Shown: positions 9,920 through 19,356, numbered from the stretch's first letter. The stretch is 64,000 nt of DNA from an uncultured Eubacteriales bacterium (GCA_964572605.1 CAZNFG010000002.1:26895-90894); one strand, 5' to 3'. Notes: generated by a model from the letters alone, not told the origin. Numbers and translations: made by a program.

Positions 9920-11452
9920 ATGAAGAAAATATTATTAGTTTTGGCCATGTTAACAGTTTTATTAATGACAGGTTGTAATAAAGACAAACCAACTCAAATT
10001 TATAAAACACAGGAAAATCAAAATAATCAGCAAGAACAAATAGAATATAGTAATTTGGCGGATGTAAAAATAGATTCACCATTTGTATCTGTGCTAGAAA
10101 ATATATATGATAACCATGTACTACCTGACGGAACAGTGTTATATAATATTGGGAGTACCGAACAATTAGTTAAAAACAGGTTTGCAATATTTGATATTGA
10201 TTCTGATGGTAAAGATGAATTAATTTTTTCATATAACAGTGGAGCAATGGCAGATATTAGAGACTTTATATTTGATTATGATGAAAATACACAAAAAGTT
10301 TTACTAGAAGCTGAGTTTAATCCAAGCCCTATTACTATATATTATGATGATGGAATAGTTTATGAAAAAGGAAAACATAATCAAGGAAACGAAGACCCAT
10401 GGCCTTATTCATTGTTTAAATATAATGCCGTGTTGGATAAATATGAAGATGTCGAGAAAAATACTGAGATAAAAGGAAAAGAGATAGATATTCAGTTTAA
10501 GGATTTTACAAAGGAAAATATAGATTTGTTGAGAAAAGACAATACTTATGTTAATTTGTCAGATTCATATTATTTTAATGACTATAAAACATTAGAAATG
10601 AATGAAATAGTACCTATTAGGATTTGTTTAGTTGATGAGAATAGTGCAATACATGTTGAGAGGTATGGCGAGGACGTTTCAATGATGTTGCCAATAGAAA
10701 AATGTGAGAATGTTGACGAAGAAAGAATTATTTATTCTGATTATGGAATTGAAAAAATGCTAAGTACTGGAAAAATTCGTGTTGGTGGAATTGAAATTGA
10801 TACAATTCATCCTGATACACTAATAGAAGAAAATTTTAATTACAAAGAAGAAGTGGCACATTTTTACAATATGGGTTTGCAAAAGATATATGAAGTAGAA
10901 TTAGATAATGATACATCAACAAAAGAATTGCTTGTATATTCACACTTCTCATATCCTTGGGATTCATATGAATATCCATATTTGGTTAAATTTGAAAACG
11001 GTATAGCAACTAATATGGGGTTATATGAAAATGAGAATATAATGCAAATAGGACCATATAAAAATTTATTAACAGATGGTTGGAATTCTGATATTGAAGG
11101 ATATTTTTCAAATGTTTTAATGGGTTATTATGTATATGATAAAGAATTAGGATTAATTCATGTTGAAAAAATGGCAAATGGAGATAATATCAAAGATGTT
11201 GATATTAATGCGTTAACTGATTGTAAACTTTCGCATGACATAAATTTTGGTGTTGTTGGAGAAGGTAATAATCCTTATAATAACAAGCTATCATATTCTA
11301 CTTGGACGTATGATGAGAATTCGGAAGTAAAAACATTAAAAAAAGGAACAATAGTAAAAATTATTGAAATAATCGATGACTATGGCAATTTCATTGGAGA
11401 AACACAAGATGGAACAAGCTATGGATTCTTTAATTTTGCTGGAAGACCTTAA
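9920..11452 (+). CDS. lipoprotein of unknown function (signal peptide with lipobox LMTGC)
   Basis: N-terminal MKKILLVLAMLTVLLMTGC is a classic lipoprotein signal. RBS aggtaggag. No catalytic motif recognised. Confidence 0.6.
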   Translation: MKKILLVLAMLTVLLMTGCNKDKPTQIYKTQENQNNQQEQIEYSNLADVKIDSPFVSVLENIYDNHVLPDGTVLYNIGSTEQLVKNRFAIFDIDSDGKDELIFSYNSGAMADIRDFIFDYDENTQKVLLEAEFNPSPITIYYDDGIVYEKGKHNQGNEDPWPYSLFKYNAVLDKYEDVEKNTEIKGKEIDIQFKDFTKENIDLLRKDNTYVNLSDSYYFNDYKTLEMNEIVPIRICLVDENSAIHVERYGEDVSMMLPIEKCENVDEERIIYSDYGIEKMLSTGKIRVGGIEIDTIHPDTLIEENFNYKEEVAHFYNMGLQKIYEVELDNDTSTKELLVYSHFSYPWDSYEYPYLVKFENGIATNMGLYENENIMQIGPYKNLLTDGWNSDIEGYFSNVLMGYYVYDKELGLIHVEKMANGDNIKDVDINALTDCKLSHDINFGVVGEGNNPYNNKLSYSTWTYDENSEVKTLKKGTIVKIIEIIDDYGNFIGETQDGTSYGFFNFAGRP

Positions 11453-11561
11453 AAATGTACTTGCACATTTAAAATTCCTATGGTATTCTTTGGCTATTGC
11501 TTACATTTGTTTCATTTAGCATAATTAGTTCGTATTTTTACCAGTTTAGTCCACCATTAAG

Positions 11562-11593
11562 AGTAGTTTACGTATCGTAAACTACTTTTTTTG
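11562..11593 (+). terminator. Rho-independent terminator after the lipoprotein gene
   Basis: Perfect hairpin agtagtttacg-ta-tcgtaaactact followed by TTTTTTT. Confidence 0.8.
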
Positions 11594-11635
11594 TGCCCTT
11601 TTGGAAGAAATATTAAGAGCAGCAAGGGAAAGAGG

Positions 11636-11696
11636 TAGTTTAAAATGGTTTAAATCAGTTTAAACTAGTTTACAATAATTTAAGTTAGTTTGAGCT
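11636..11696 (+). repeat. six tandem copies of a 10-bp unit (consensus TAGTTTAAAN), helically phased
   Basis: tagtttaaaa tggtttaaat cagtttaaac tagtttacaa taatttaagt tagtttgagc. Confidence 0.6.
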
Positions 11697-11699
11697 TTT

Positions 11700-11741
11700 T
11701 GTGTAATATTACACAAAGTCTGTGTAATTTGCTGTGTAATA
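11700..11741 (+). promoter_or_regulatory. perfect 16-bp palindrome TGTGTAATATTACACA plus two further TGTGTAAT direct copies (operator-like)
   Basis: tgtgtaatattacacaaagtctgtgtaatttgctgtgtaat sits upstream of ORF 11840. Confidence 0.5.
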
Positions 11742-11839
11742 AAATGTGTTTTTTAATAAAACTAATGAAAATTTATAAAAAAAAGGGTCAAAAATTAGAT
11801 ATTTTTTAGAAAAATTATAATAAATTTGTATAAAATTTA

Positions 11840-12361
11840 ATGATACAAAAAATGAATATGAAAATTCTAGAAACCAAGTGGAAATACTTGGTTTCTTTAT
11901 TACTTAGAACTAGGTTTCAACTTTTTGAGAATTTGCTTAAAGCAAATACATATACTGAAATAATTACTATACCAGATTTAAATTTAATTAAAGATGGTAA
12001 AGTTCATATTATATTTTCTGATTTTCATAATGAAAAAGAATATTTTTATAATGCTAATTTGTATAAGCTACATTTAGAGAATATAGTTAGGCTACTAAAG
12101 GAGTATAAGAATTATAAAGTTTATATAAATACTAGTGAAAAAGATGATGGATATTCTTTATATATTAAAGAGGACTTTGGCGCAATTGTAGCAAAAAATT
12201 CAACACCTTCAGTAATTCTTACTATTAAAGAAAGTAATTTAAACGCTGCTTTCTTAGATCATTTTAATAACAAAATAGATTTTAAAACGTATGATGATGA
12301 GAAAAGAAAATCAGTAATTAAAAAACTTAAGCAAATTATCAACAAATTGAGTAAAAAATAA
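11840..12361 (+). CDS. hypothetical protein
   Basis: 173-aa ORF, very AT-rich, no recognisable domain. Lies downstream of the repeat and palindrome region. Confidence 0.4.
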   Translation: MIQKMNMKILETKWKYLVSLLLRTRFQLFENLLKANTYTEIITIPDLNLIKDGKVHIIFSDFHNEKEYFYNANLYKLHLENIVRLLKEYKNYKVYINTSEKDDGYSLYIKEDFGAIVAKNSTPSVILTIKESNLNAAFLDHFNNKIDFKTYDDEKRKSVIKKLKQIINKLSKK

Positions 12362-12430
12362 AGGTAGGCTTATCAAATACGTATCGCTATTTCTTAATGC
12401 TAAGTAACGTATACTTAATATTGAAACCCA

Positions 12431-12459
12431 TTGACATTATTTACCTATAGTTGTATAAT
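12431..12459 (+). promoter_or_regulatory. consensus sigma-A promoter (TTGACA-17-TATAAT)
   Basis: ttgacattatttacctatagttgtataat is a perfect -35 and -10 with a 17-nt spacer, upstream of the leader peptide and the ABC transporter operon. Confidence 0.75.
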
Positions 12460-12534
12460 ACCATTATCAGTGAAAAATAAACAATTCACACAAGGCTAGT
12501 TCTAGCCTAAGAAAAAATGAAAGGAAAATGAATT

Positions 12535-12618
12535 ATGAATTTATACATGACAAGAAATTTACATCATACTCATCATCACATTACATGTGGTTTCTTTGTC
12601 GTGTGTGAAATGAGGTAA
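12535..12618 (+). CDS. candidate His-rich leader peptide (MNLYMTRNLHHTHHHITCGFFVVCEMR) of a ribosome-mediated attenuator
   Basis: 27-codon ORF with RBS aaggaaaa 7 nt upstream. It carries five His codons within seven codons (cat cat act cat cat cac). An intrinsic terminator follows, and it sits just upstream of an amino-acid ABC transporter. Confidence 0.45.
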   Translation: MNLYMTRNLHHTHHHITCGFFVVCEMR

Positions 12619-12656
12619 TTTTCTAAGTTATATTACTAATATCTAACACATATATA

Positions 12657-12690
12657 CACAAGGCAACCACTTGCCTTGTGTTTTTTTGTT
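12657..12690 (+). terminator. attenuator-type intrinsic terminator between the leader ORF and the ABC transporter genes
   Basis: cacaaggcaa-ccac-ttgccttgtg hairpin followed by TTTTTTTGTT. Upstream GTGTGTG and CACACA segments could form an alternative antiterminator. Confidence 0.65.
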
Positions 12691-12731
12691 ATGTTTTAAC
12701 TGTAAAATTTTAGATAAAAGGAGTAATATAT

Positions 12732-13478
12732 ATGAAAAAATTATTAATTATATGTTCGGTTTTATTGTGCGTGGTAATGTTGGTTTTTATGTTTCAAGGT
12801 GGAAAAAGTAAAGAAAGCAATATATTAAATATCGGGATAACTGATTATCCGCCAATGAACTATTATGAAAATGGAAAGCTTGTTGGCTTTGAAACAGAGT
12901 TTGCAGAAGAAGTATGCAAAGAGCTTGGAATGATTCCAAACTTTATTGAGATTGATTGGGGAAGCAAAGAAGTAGAATTAAAATCTAAAAATATTGATGC
13001 GATTTGGAATGGAATGACTTGGACAAAGGAGCGCGCAGAAAATATGCTGATGTCTAACACATACATAAGCAATAAAGGTGTTTTAGTTTTTAAAAAGGGA
13101 ACAACAAGTATAGAAAGTGTTGCTGTAGAAAAAGGATCACAAGGAGAAGCTGTGGTTGATAATGATAGCTTTTTTGATGGAAAAGAGAAAGTAAAAGTTG
13201 ATTCTATGACAAAAGGATTTTTGGAAGTAGCAACCGGAAATGTTACAGCAACATATTGCGATTATATTGCAGCGCTAGGAATGCTAGATGAAGATGGAGA
13301 CTATAAAGATTACGAAATTTGGGGAGGTTATTCGGGAGAATCAGAACAATTTGCTATTGGATTTAGAAAAGAAGATATAGAGCTATGTAACAAAATCAAC
13401 AAAGTTATATCTGAGATGAAAAATGATGGTAGATTAAAGAAGATAGCAAATAAATATGGATTAGGTGATTTGTTATGA
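12732..13478 (+). CDS. polar amino-acid ABC transporter substrate-binding lipoprotein
   Basis: Signal peptide, SBP_bac_3-like sequence (DAIWNGMTWTKER, FAIGFRKED). Operon with a permease and an ATPase. Confidence 0.8.
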   Translation: MKKLLIICSVLLCVVMLVFMFQGGKSKESNILNIGITDYPPMNYYENGKLVGFETEFAEEVCKELGMIPNFIEIDWGSKEVELKSKNIDAIWNGMTWTKERAENMLMSNTYISNKGVLVFKKGTTSIESVAVEKGSQGEAVVDNDSFFDGKEKVKVDSMTKGFLEVATGNVTATYCDYIAALGMLDEDGDYKDYEIWGGYSGESEQFAIGFRKEDIELCNKINKVISEMKNDGRLKKIANKYGLGDLL

Positions 13479-14110
13479 GTTTTTGGGAGATAAATGCAAA
13501 ATTACTTGGAGGATTTGTAATTAATATTAAATTATTTTTATTAGTCCTCCTAATCTCCCTACCTTTAGGATTAATATTTTGCTATATTCGAATGGGAAAA
13601 TTAAAATTAATTATGCAAACAGTAATATGGTTTTTACGTGGAAGTCCACTAATGATACAACTTTTCATGGTTATGTACGTTCCTGGGTTATTATTCAACA
13701 CTCCAATAAAATCAAGATTTGCAGTTGCAGTAATAGCTATGAGTATAAATTACGCAGCATATCTTTGTGAAATATTTAGAGGAGGCATAGAAAATATTCC
13801 AAAAGGTCAATGGGAAGCAGGAAAAGTATTAGGACTATCTAAATGGACAATTGAGCGTAAAATTATTTTGCCGCAAGTCATAAAGAAATGTTTGCCGCCA
13901 TTTGGAAATGAGCTATTAAATCTTATTAAAGACACAACTCTTGCTCGTGTTATTGCAGTACCTGAAATGTTGATGGCAAGTACAGAATTCACTACAAAAG
14001 GATTAATTTGGCCGCTATTTTATACAACTGTATTTTTCTTGGGTGCAACTGCAATTCTTACATACATATTGAAATATCTTGAGAGGAGGTTTGCGTATTA
14101 TGAAGGTTAA
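13475..14110 (+). CDS. polar amino-acid ABC transporter permease (HisM/GlnP family)
   Basis: Five-TM permease with the EAA-like loop region ARVIAVPEMLMAST. Overlaps the SBP stop. Confidence 0.8.
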   Translation: MSFWEINAKLLGGFVINIKLFLLVLLISLPLGLIFCYIRMGKLKLIMQTVIWFLRGSPLMIQLFMVMYVPGLLFNTPIKSRFAVAVIAMSINYAAYLCEIFRGGIENIPKGQWEAGKVLGLSKWTIERKIILPQVIKKCLPPFGNELLNLIKDTTLARVIAVPEMLMASTEFTTKGLIWPLFYTTVFFLGATAILTYILKYLERRFAYYEG

Positions 14111-14795
14111 AAATTTATCCAAAAGTTTTGGATCACTTAAAGTTCTTGATAATTTATCTTTTGAAACTAATGAAAACCTAGCAATTGTTGGAGATAGTGG
14201 TAGTGGAAAAACTACTTTACTTAGGATACTTGCTGGACTTGAAACAGCTGATTGTGGAAAAATAGAGTACAAAGGCAAAATAGGTTTTGTATTTCAAGAT
14301 TTTAATTTATTTCCACATATGACTGTATGGGAAAATATAACGCTTGCAGCACCAAATGCAGATGAAAATTTACTTAAAAAATTAGGGTTGGAACAAAAGA
14401 AAAATGAATATCCATATACTTTGAGTGGTGGACAAAAACAAAGAGTTGCAATAGCAAGAGCTTTAGCACTAAATCCATACCCATCGAGTCTTTCTGGTGG
14501 TCAAAAGCAACGTGTAGCTATTGCTCGTGCATTATGCATGCAGCCTAAAATATTATGTTTTGATGAACCAACATCTGCGCTTGATCCAACACTTAGGGAT
14601 AGTATTGCAGAACTAATAAATAATCTAAATAAAATTTGTATAATCGTAACGCATGATATTGAATTTTCTAAGAAAATTGCAAAACGAAAATTAATTATAG
14701 AACCAAAAAAATATTCACAACAATCTAATGTAAAAAATCTTAGTAATATAAAAAAAGACAATTATAAAGTTAAAAAAATAAAGTTAAGGGTTTAG
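14100..14795 (+). CDS. amino-acid ABC transporter ATP-binding protein with an internal tandem duplication of the [15 protein letters not shown] signature segment
   Basis: Walker A GDSGSGKTT, Q-loop, two consecutive [15 protein letters not shown] copies (14421-14534), Walker B ILCFDEPTSALD and H-loop VTHD. Start MKVKNL at ATG 14100 has an RBS gagaggagg. Confidence 0.75.
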   Translation: MKVKNLSKSFGSLKVLDNLSFETNENLAIVGDSGSGKTTLLRILAGLETADCGKIEYKGKIGFVFQDFNLFPHMTVWENITLAAPNADENLLKKLGLEQKKNEYPYTLSGGQKQRVAIARALALNPYPSSLSGGQKQRVAIARALCMQPKILCFDEPTSALDPTLRDSIAELINNLNKICIIVTHDIEFSKKIAKRKLIIEPKKYSQQSNVKNLSNIKKDNYKVKKIKLRV

Positions 14796-14945
14796 TAAGA
14801 CTTATGAAATACAATGTTTTATATAAGGAGAATTAAGATTTTATCTTAATTTTCTTTTTTTAATTGAAAAAAATATTGTTTTGAAGCTAAATAAGATATA
14901 ATTAGTATAAGATTATTTCTTAATTTTTTAACTTTGGAGGAAAAT

Positions 14946-15512
14946 ATGAATAAAAATTTAACATTAGTAATTGTTTTAATTGCAATTTTAATAGTAACTG
15001 GAGGAATATGGGTTGTAAAAAACAATCCGAAAACCGAAAATAAAGTTGATGTACAAGTCAATACAAATCTCGAAGAAAATAAAGAAATAGAAGAAACAGA
15101 AGAATTAAACTCAGATTTTGAATTAGAGATTACTCAAGAATTTAGTTTAGATGATTTAATGGAATATAACTTGCCAATGATTATAGATTTTGGAGCTGAT
15201 ACTTGTTATCCATGTATGTTAATGGCTGCAGATTTTGAAAAGGTACATGAGGAAACAAAAGGACAAGCAATACTTAAATTTTTAGATGTATGGAAATATC
15301 CTGAATTAGCTGAGGGCTATCCACTTAATCTAATACCTGCACAATTACTTATAAATAGTGACGGTACACCTTATGCACCAGAAAATGCTGAAGAACTTGG
15401 ATTGGAATTCTATATAGATGAAAATGAAAATCATATACTTACAATGCATGTAGGTCCTTTAACGTATGAAGAAATGAAAACAATGCTTAAGGAGATGGGA
15501 TTAGATGAATGA
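14946..15512 (+). CDS. membrane-anchored thioredoxin-family thiol-disulfide oxidoreductase (CYPC active site; ResA/TlpA/StoA-like)
   Basis: N-terminal TM anchor, acidic linker and a thioredoxin fold with GADTCYPCM. Coupled to ccdA; its stop overlaps the next start. Confidence 0.7.
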   Translation: MNKNLTLVIVLIAILIVTGGIWVVKNNPKTENKVDVQVNTNLEENKEIEETEELNSDFELEITQEFSLDDLMEYNLPMIIDFGADTCYPCMLMAADFEKVHEETKGQAILKFLDVWKYPELAEGYPLNLIPAQLLINSDGTPYAPENAEELGLEFYIDENENHILTMHVGPLTYEEMKTMLKEMGLDE

Positions 15513-16195
15513 AATACTTGAAATAATGTCAGAAAGCATTAAAAATAATTTTTGGCTTGCTCCAATAATATCTATATTAGCAGGTGTTTTGACATCATTT
15601 TTACCATGTTCTTTATCTAGTGTGCCGTTAATTATTGGCTTTGTTGGAGGAACTCGGAATAAGCGATACAAAAAAAGCTTTTAAATTATCTGTAGTTTTT
15701 GCACTCGGCATGGCAATTACTTTAACAATATTAGGAGCGCTTGCTTCAATATTAGGAAGAATAGTGCAAGGTGGAGGCTACTTGTGGTATATAATACTTG
15801 GAATATTAATGGTAATGATGGCATTACAAACATTTGAATTAGTTACTTTTATAAAGCCAACAAATTTTCAAACAAAAAATACTAAAAAAGGATATTTAGG
15901 AGCCTTGATAACAGGAATACTTGCTGGAGTTTTCTCGTCACCTTGTTCTACACCTGTTTTAATAGTATTACTTGCTTTAGTTGCTAATAGTGGGAATATG
16001 TTATGGGGAATATTGTTACTTTTATTATATTCAGTAGGTCATAGTGTTTTAGTAATAATTGCAGGAACATCTATTGGAACAGTAAAAAAAATAACTCATA
16101 GTGAAAAATACGGAAAAATTAGTAATGTTTTAAAATACGTTATGGGATCAATAATCTTATTAATAGCTTTTTATATGTTTTATTTAGGGTTTTAG
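15505..16195 (+). CDS. ccdA: cytochrome c-type biogenesis / thiol-disulfide electron transporter CcdA (DsbD family); frame interrupted at CGG 15655-15657
   Basis: N-terminal part MNEILEIM...LPCSLSSVPLIIGFVGGT in frame A ends after cgg at 15655. The conserved continuation GISDTKKAFKLS...SPCSTP is in the +1 frame and begins with GGA at 15656. Confidence 0.7.
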
Positions 16196-16243
16196 TAATA
16201 CGAAATATAATAAAAAATTTCAACTTATTAAGGAGAATTAAAT

Positions 16244-17020
16244 ATGGATATTTTTTTAATTTTACTAATTCCATTCTTGGGAGCATGTTTAGGTTCAGCA
16301 ATAGTATTTTTAATTAAAGATAATATAAATAACAGATTTGAAAAATTATTAATAGGATTTGCTTCTGGAGTTATGATTTCTGCTTCTGTATTTTCACTTT
16401 TACTTCCATCAATAGAAAGAGCAGAAGAACAAAAAATTATTTCATGGTTACCAGCATCTATAGGTTTTGTTTTAGGAATACTATTTTTACTTGTATTAGA
16501 TTTATTAATTCCACACTTACATATAAAAAATAATGAACAAGAAGGAATGAAAACAAAGTTCAAAAGGACAACAATGATAGCATTGGCAATTACATTACAT
16601 AACATTCCTGAAGGAATGGCTGTTGGTGTAGCACTTGCTGGAGTCTTTTTTGGAAATGAAGTGTTATTAATGTCAAGTGCAATTGTACTTGCAATTGGAA
16701 TGGCAATTCAAAACTTTCCTGAAGGTGTCATTATTTCTATGCCTTTAAAAGCAGAAGGAAAAAGTAAATTAAAATCTTTTGGATATGGAGTACTTTTTGC
16801 AACTGTTGAACCAATTGCCTCTATTATTACAATGTTTCTTGCAAGTTTAGTTATTCCAATATTTCCATACGTTTTATCTTTTGCGGCAGGTGCAATGATA
16901 TATGTGGTAGTTGAAGATTTAATACCTCAATTACAAGAAAACAAACACTCAAATGTTGGTGTTATAGGAGTGGCAATAGGTTTTGTAATAATGATGATAT
17001 TAAATATTGGGTTAGCATAA
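16244..17020 (+). CDS. ZIP-family metal transporter (ZupT-like)
   Basis: Eight-TM protein with the HNIPEGMAVGVALAG and QNFPEG motifs typical of ZIP transporters. Confidence 0.8.
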   Translation: MDIFLILLIPFLGACLGSAIVFLIKDNINNRFEKLLIGFASGVMISASVFSLLLPSIERAEEQKIISWLPASIGFVLGILFLLVLDLLIPHLHIKNNEQEGMKTKFKRTTMIALAITLHNIPEGMAVGVALAGVFFGNEVLLMSSAIVLAIGMAIQNFPEGVIISMPLKAEGKSKLKSFGYGVLFATVEPIASIITMFLASLVIPIFPYVLSFAAGAMIYVVVEDLIPQLQENKHSNVGVIGVAIGFVIMMILNIGLA

Positions 17021-17211
17021 GATAATAATTTACAAAAAAAATAAGATAGAAAAAAAGATTAATAATGACATTATTTTGTTTCACAAAAAAGCCTAAATTC
17101 TATGATTTGTTGACTTTTAAAGGGTTTGTGATATAATAAAGCAAAATTAAGAGATGTTTGCGAGAAGATTACCATTTAATAACTGTAATCTAAGAAAGGG
17201 GTATTTTAAGG

Positions 17212-17730
17212 ATGCGTAAACAAGAATATGAAGTGGCTTTTCGGAAGATGAGAGAGACTTTAAGAAAAGACCGGCACTATGCAAATTATACTTTAACTGT
17301 GTTTTTGCTACTTGAACTATACTTCATAATTCCAATGGGCGTCATGGTACTTTTTATATGGAATTGTTGTATTGCAGAGATTTCAAATCTTAAGCAAATC
17401 TCATTTGCAGCAGCCTTGTTTGTGCCTCTCGCATTTGAGGTGATAAGCAATAAACTTATTGTTGAACGACTTCTTCAGCGTAAAAAGGACGAAGTGTTTG
17501 AAAAAGATATAGTTGAAGAATATTTAGTGTTGATTGTGAAAATAGTTTTAGCAGTAGTCTTTATATTTACGAGTAGTAATCTATGGAATAATACAATTAC
17601 TTATGTAATAGATAGAGATATTCCGAAAATCACATTCTTATATACAATTGTGTTTTATATCTGCATTAGAACTATAAGGTATGTTATAAAAAACATAAGG
17701 GAGAGAAAAACTCAAAAAACAAATGAATAA
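17212..17730 (+). CDS. hypothetical membrane protein (compositionally atypical)
   Basis: 172-aa product with three or four predicted TM helices. A TTGACT-17-TATAAT promoter lies at 17110-17140. It contains in-frame CGG codons at 17242 and 17272. Confidence 0.5.
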   Translation: MRKQEYEVAFRKMRETLRKDRHYANYTLTVFLLLELYFIIPMGVMVLFIWNCCIAEISNLKQISFAAALFVPLAFEVISNKLIVERLLQRKKDEVFEKDIVEEYLVLIVKIVLAVVFIFTSSNLWNNTITYVIDRDIPKITFLYTIVFYICIRTIRYVIKNIRERKTQKTNE

Positions 17731-17738
17731 TAAATGAA

Positions 17739-17775
17739 GACGGATATACTTGTAAAAGTATATCCGTTTTTTTTA
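17739..17775 (+). terminator. Rho-independent terminator
   Basis: gacggatatacttgtaaaagtatatccgt followed by TTTTTTTT. Confidence 0.8.
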
Positions 17776-17820
17776 TTAATAATGATTAAAAAAACAAGTC
17801 TAATCTATGTGCCAAAATTA

Positions 17821-17848
17821 TTGATTTTATATACGTATGTGGTATAAT
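17821..17848 (+). promoter_or_regulatory. sigma-A type promoter (TTGATT-16-TATAAT) driving the candidate sRNA
   Basis: ttgattttatatacgtatgtggtataat. Confidence 0.55.
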
Positions 17849-17855
17849 AATATTA

Positions 17856-18052
17856 ACCCTACGAGGTGCGATTAGTTTGAGTGTTATTTAGAACCAACAC
17901 TAAGATTTAAGGGAGTTTGGTACTTCGAGTATTTAGTGTATGCTCAACCGTGAAAACTGATTGAGAAACCAATAAAATACTTGGGAGAACACCCACCTGT
18001 GTATGCAGGCTCTTAAATTAGCTCAGATGTACGGCCTATGTAGGGTTTTTAT
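17856..18052 (+). ncRNA. candidate structured small RNA (about 195 nt, 6S-RNA-like), closed by a long-range ccctac/gtaggg helix and a T-run
   Basis: It has its own promoter and no ORF. The 5' ccctac pairs with the 3' gtaggg, and tttttattt follows. Internal hairpins are present (gtacttcgagtat; cctgtgtatgcagg). It is convergent with the minus-strand gene. Confidence 0.35.
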
Positions 18053-19356
18053 TTAAAATTCTCCAGAAATTTGATTTCCAGAATCTATATCAATTTTTTC
18101 TTTAACTTCCGATAGAGAAGAGTAACAGTACTTGTTATTTGGATCCCATAAACAAAAATCCTTAATACCTAAATCAAAACCTGCTTGAATTTGTGCTGTA
18201 ACTTCTGTATTACCATAAGATAAGTAATTACCTTTACCAAGCCAACTTGCTGTGAAATCTTGATAATATGGACGCAATTTAGCAAATTTTATATTGATAG
18301 TAGTATCACCACTATGAATATTTCTAAAGCTATCTAATCGTTTATTAGCATCTATTAATGCATTTTTGATAATATCATAAGGTGCTTTGTCTGGTTTTGC
18401 AATTCTATACTCATTAAAGTTGTAATGAGAAGGGTATATCATTGGACAAATCACATCAACAATACTAGCAATTTCTGCAAAGTTTTGACCTATATTTTCG
18501 AAGTCACCATCTCTTTTTGTTGTTATACCAAAAACATCTGCAGAAACTAAAACATCATAATTCTCTAATTCTGTCATGGCCTTTCTCAAGAATTCATTAA
18601 TAACTTGAGATTTTGTTTTTGTGCTAGACTCAAGACCATATGCAATTGTTTTAACATTTCCTTCAGAAGAAGGAAAACGAATATAATCAAATTGTATTTC
18701 TTGAAAACCAAGTTCCGCTGCTTCTTTTGCCAGTGCAATTGGATACTCCCAAGAATTTTCATTATATGGATTAGGCCAGTTGTTTCCATTATAATCAGTC
18801 CATAATGTACCATCAGCTTTTTTATATGCAATATTAGTTTCTTTAGATGCAAAGTTTGGATCCTTGAAGGTAACAATTCTTCCTATAACATATATATTAT
18901 TTTCTTTCAGTTCATTTATTACTTCAGTAATATTTGCAACCATCCTTTTTGAAGCTTTTATATCAATCGCGGTTTGAACACTCGAATTGTAACTTAATTG
19001 ACCAGCTTCATCTTTAATATCAATAACAATAGCGTTGAATCCATTTTCTTTTATCGAAGCTATCATAGCTTTTCTAAGAGAAGAAGTACCCATTACCCAA
19101 CCTGTTGAATAGACAGATATAACAGGGGTTGGTACAACGTTTTGTTTTGTCTTAACTTCTTCAATAGGAGTGCTATCAATAATATCACCGAGAAATTATC
19201 TCATTTGAAATTGTTTCACCAGAGGAATCATTTTCTAAAATCATGTTGTTAGATAAAACAGCACTAGTATTATAGTGTTTGTCGTTAAAACCAATAAAAA
19301 GTCCAGCGATAATAGATAAAATAATTATGGAAGATGCAATAATACTTTTATTCATG
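18053..19356 (-). CDS. secreted glycoside-hydrolase-like TIM-barrel protein (DUF4015/GHL10-like); frame interrupted at CGG 19200-19198
   Basis: The signal peptide MNKSIIASSIIILSIIAG...NEIIS ends after cgg. The +1 frame starting at ggt continues GDIIDSTPIEEVKTKQNVVPTPVISVYSTGWVMGTSSLRKAM...FQEIQFDYIRFP. RBS ggagga precedes ATG 19356. Confidence 0.6.

Noticed and set aside
11636-11741. CRISPR array
   Set aside because: The repeats are 10 bp, contiguous and without spacers, and no cas genes are present. No CRISPR in the window.
12460-12731. T-box riboswitch upstream of the amino-acid ABC transporter
   Set aside because: No T-box sequence (AGGGUGGNACCGCG) or Stem I GA motif is present. A His-codon leader peptide plus terminator explains the region better.
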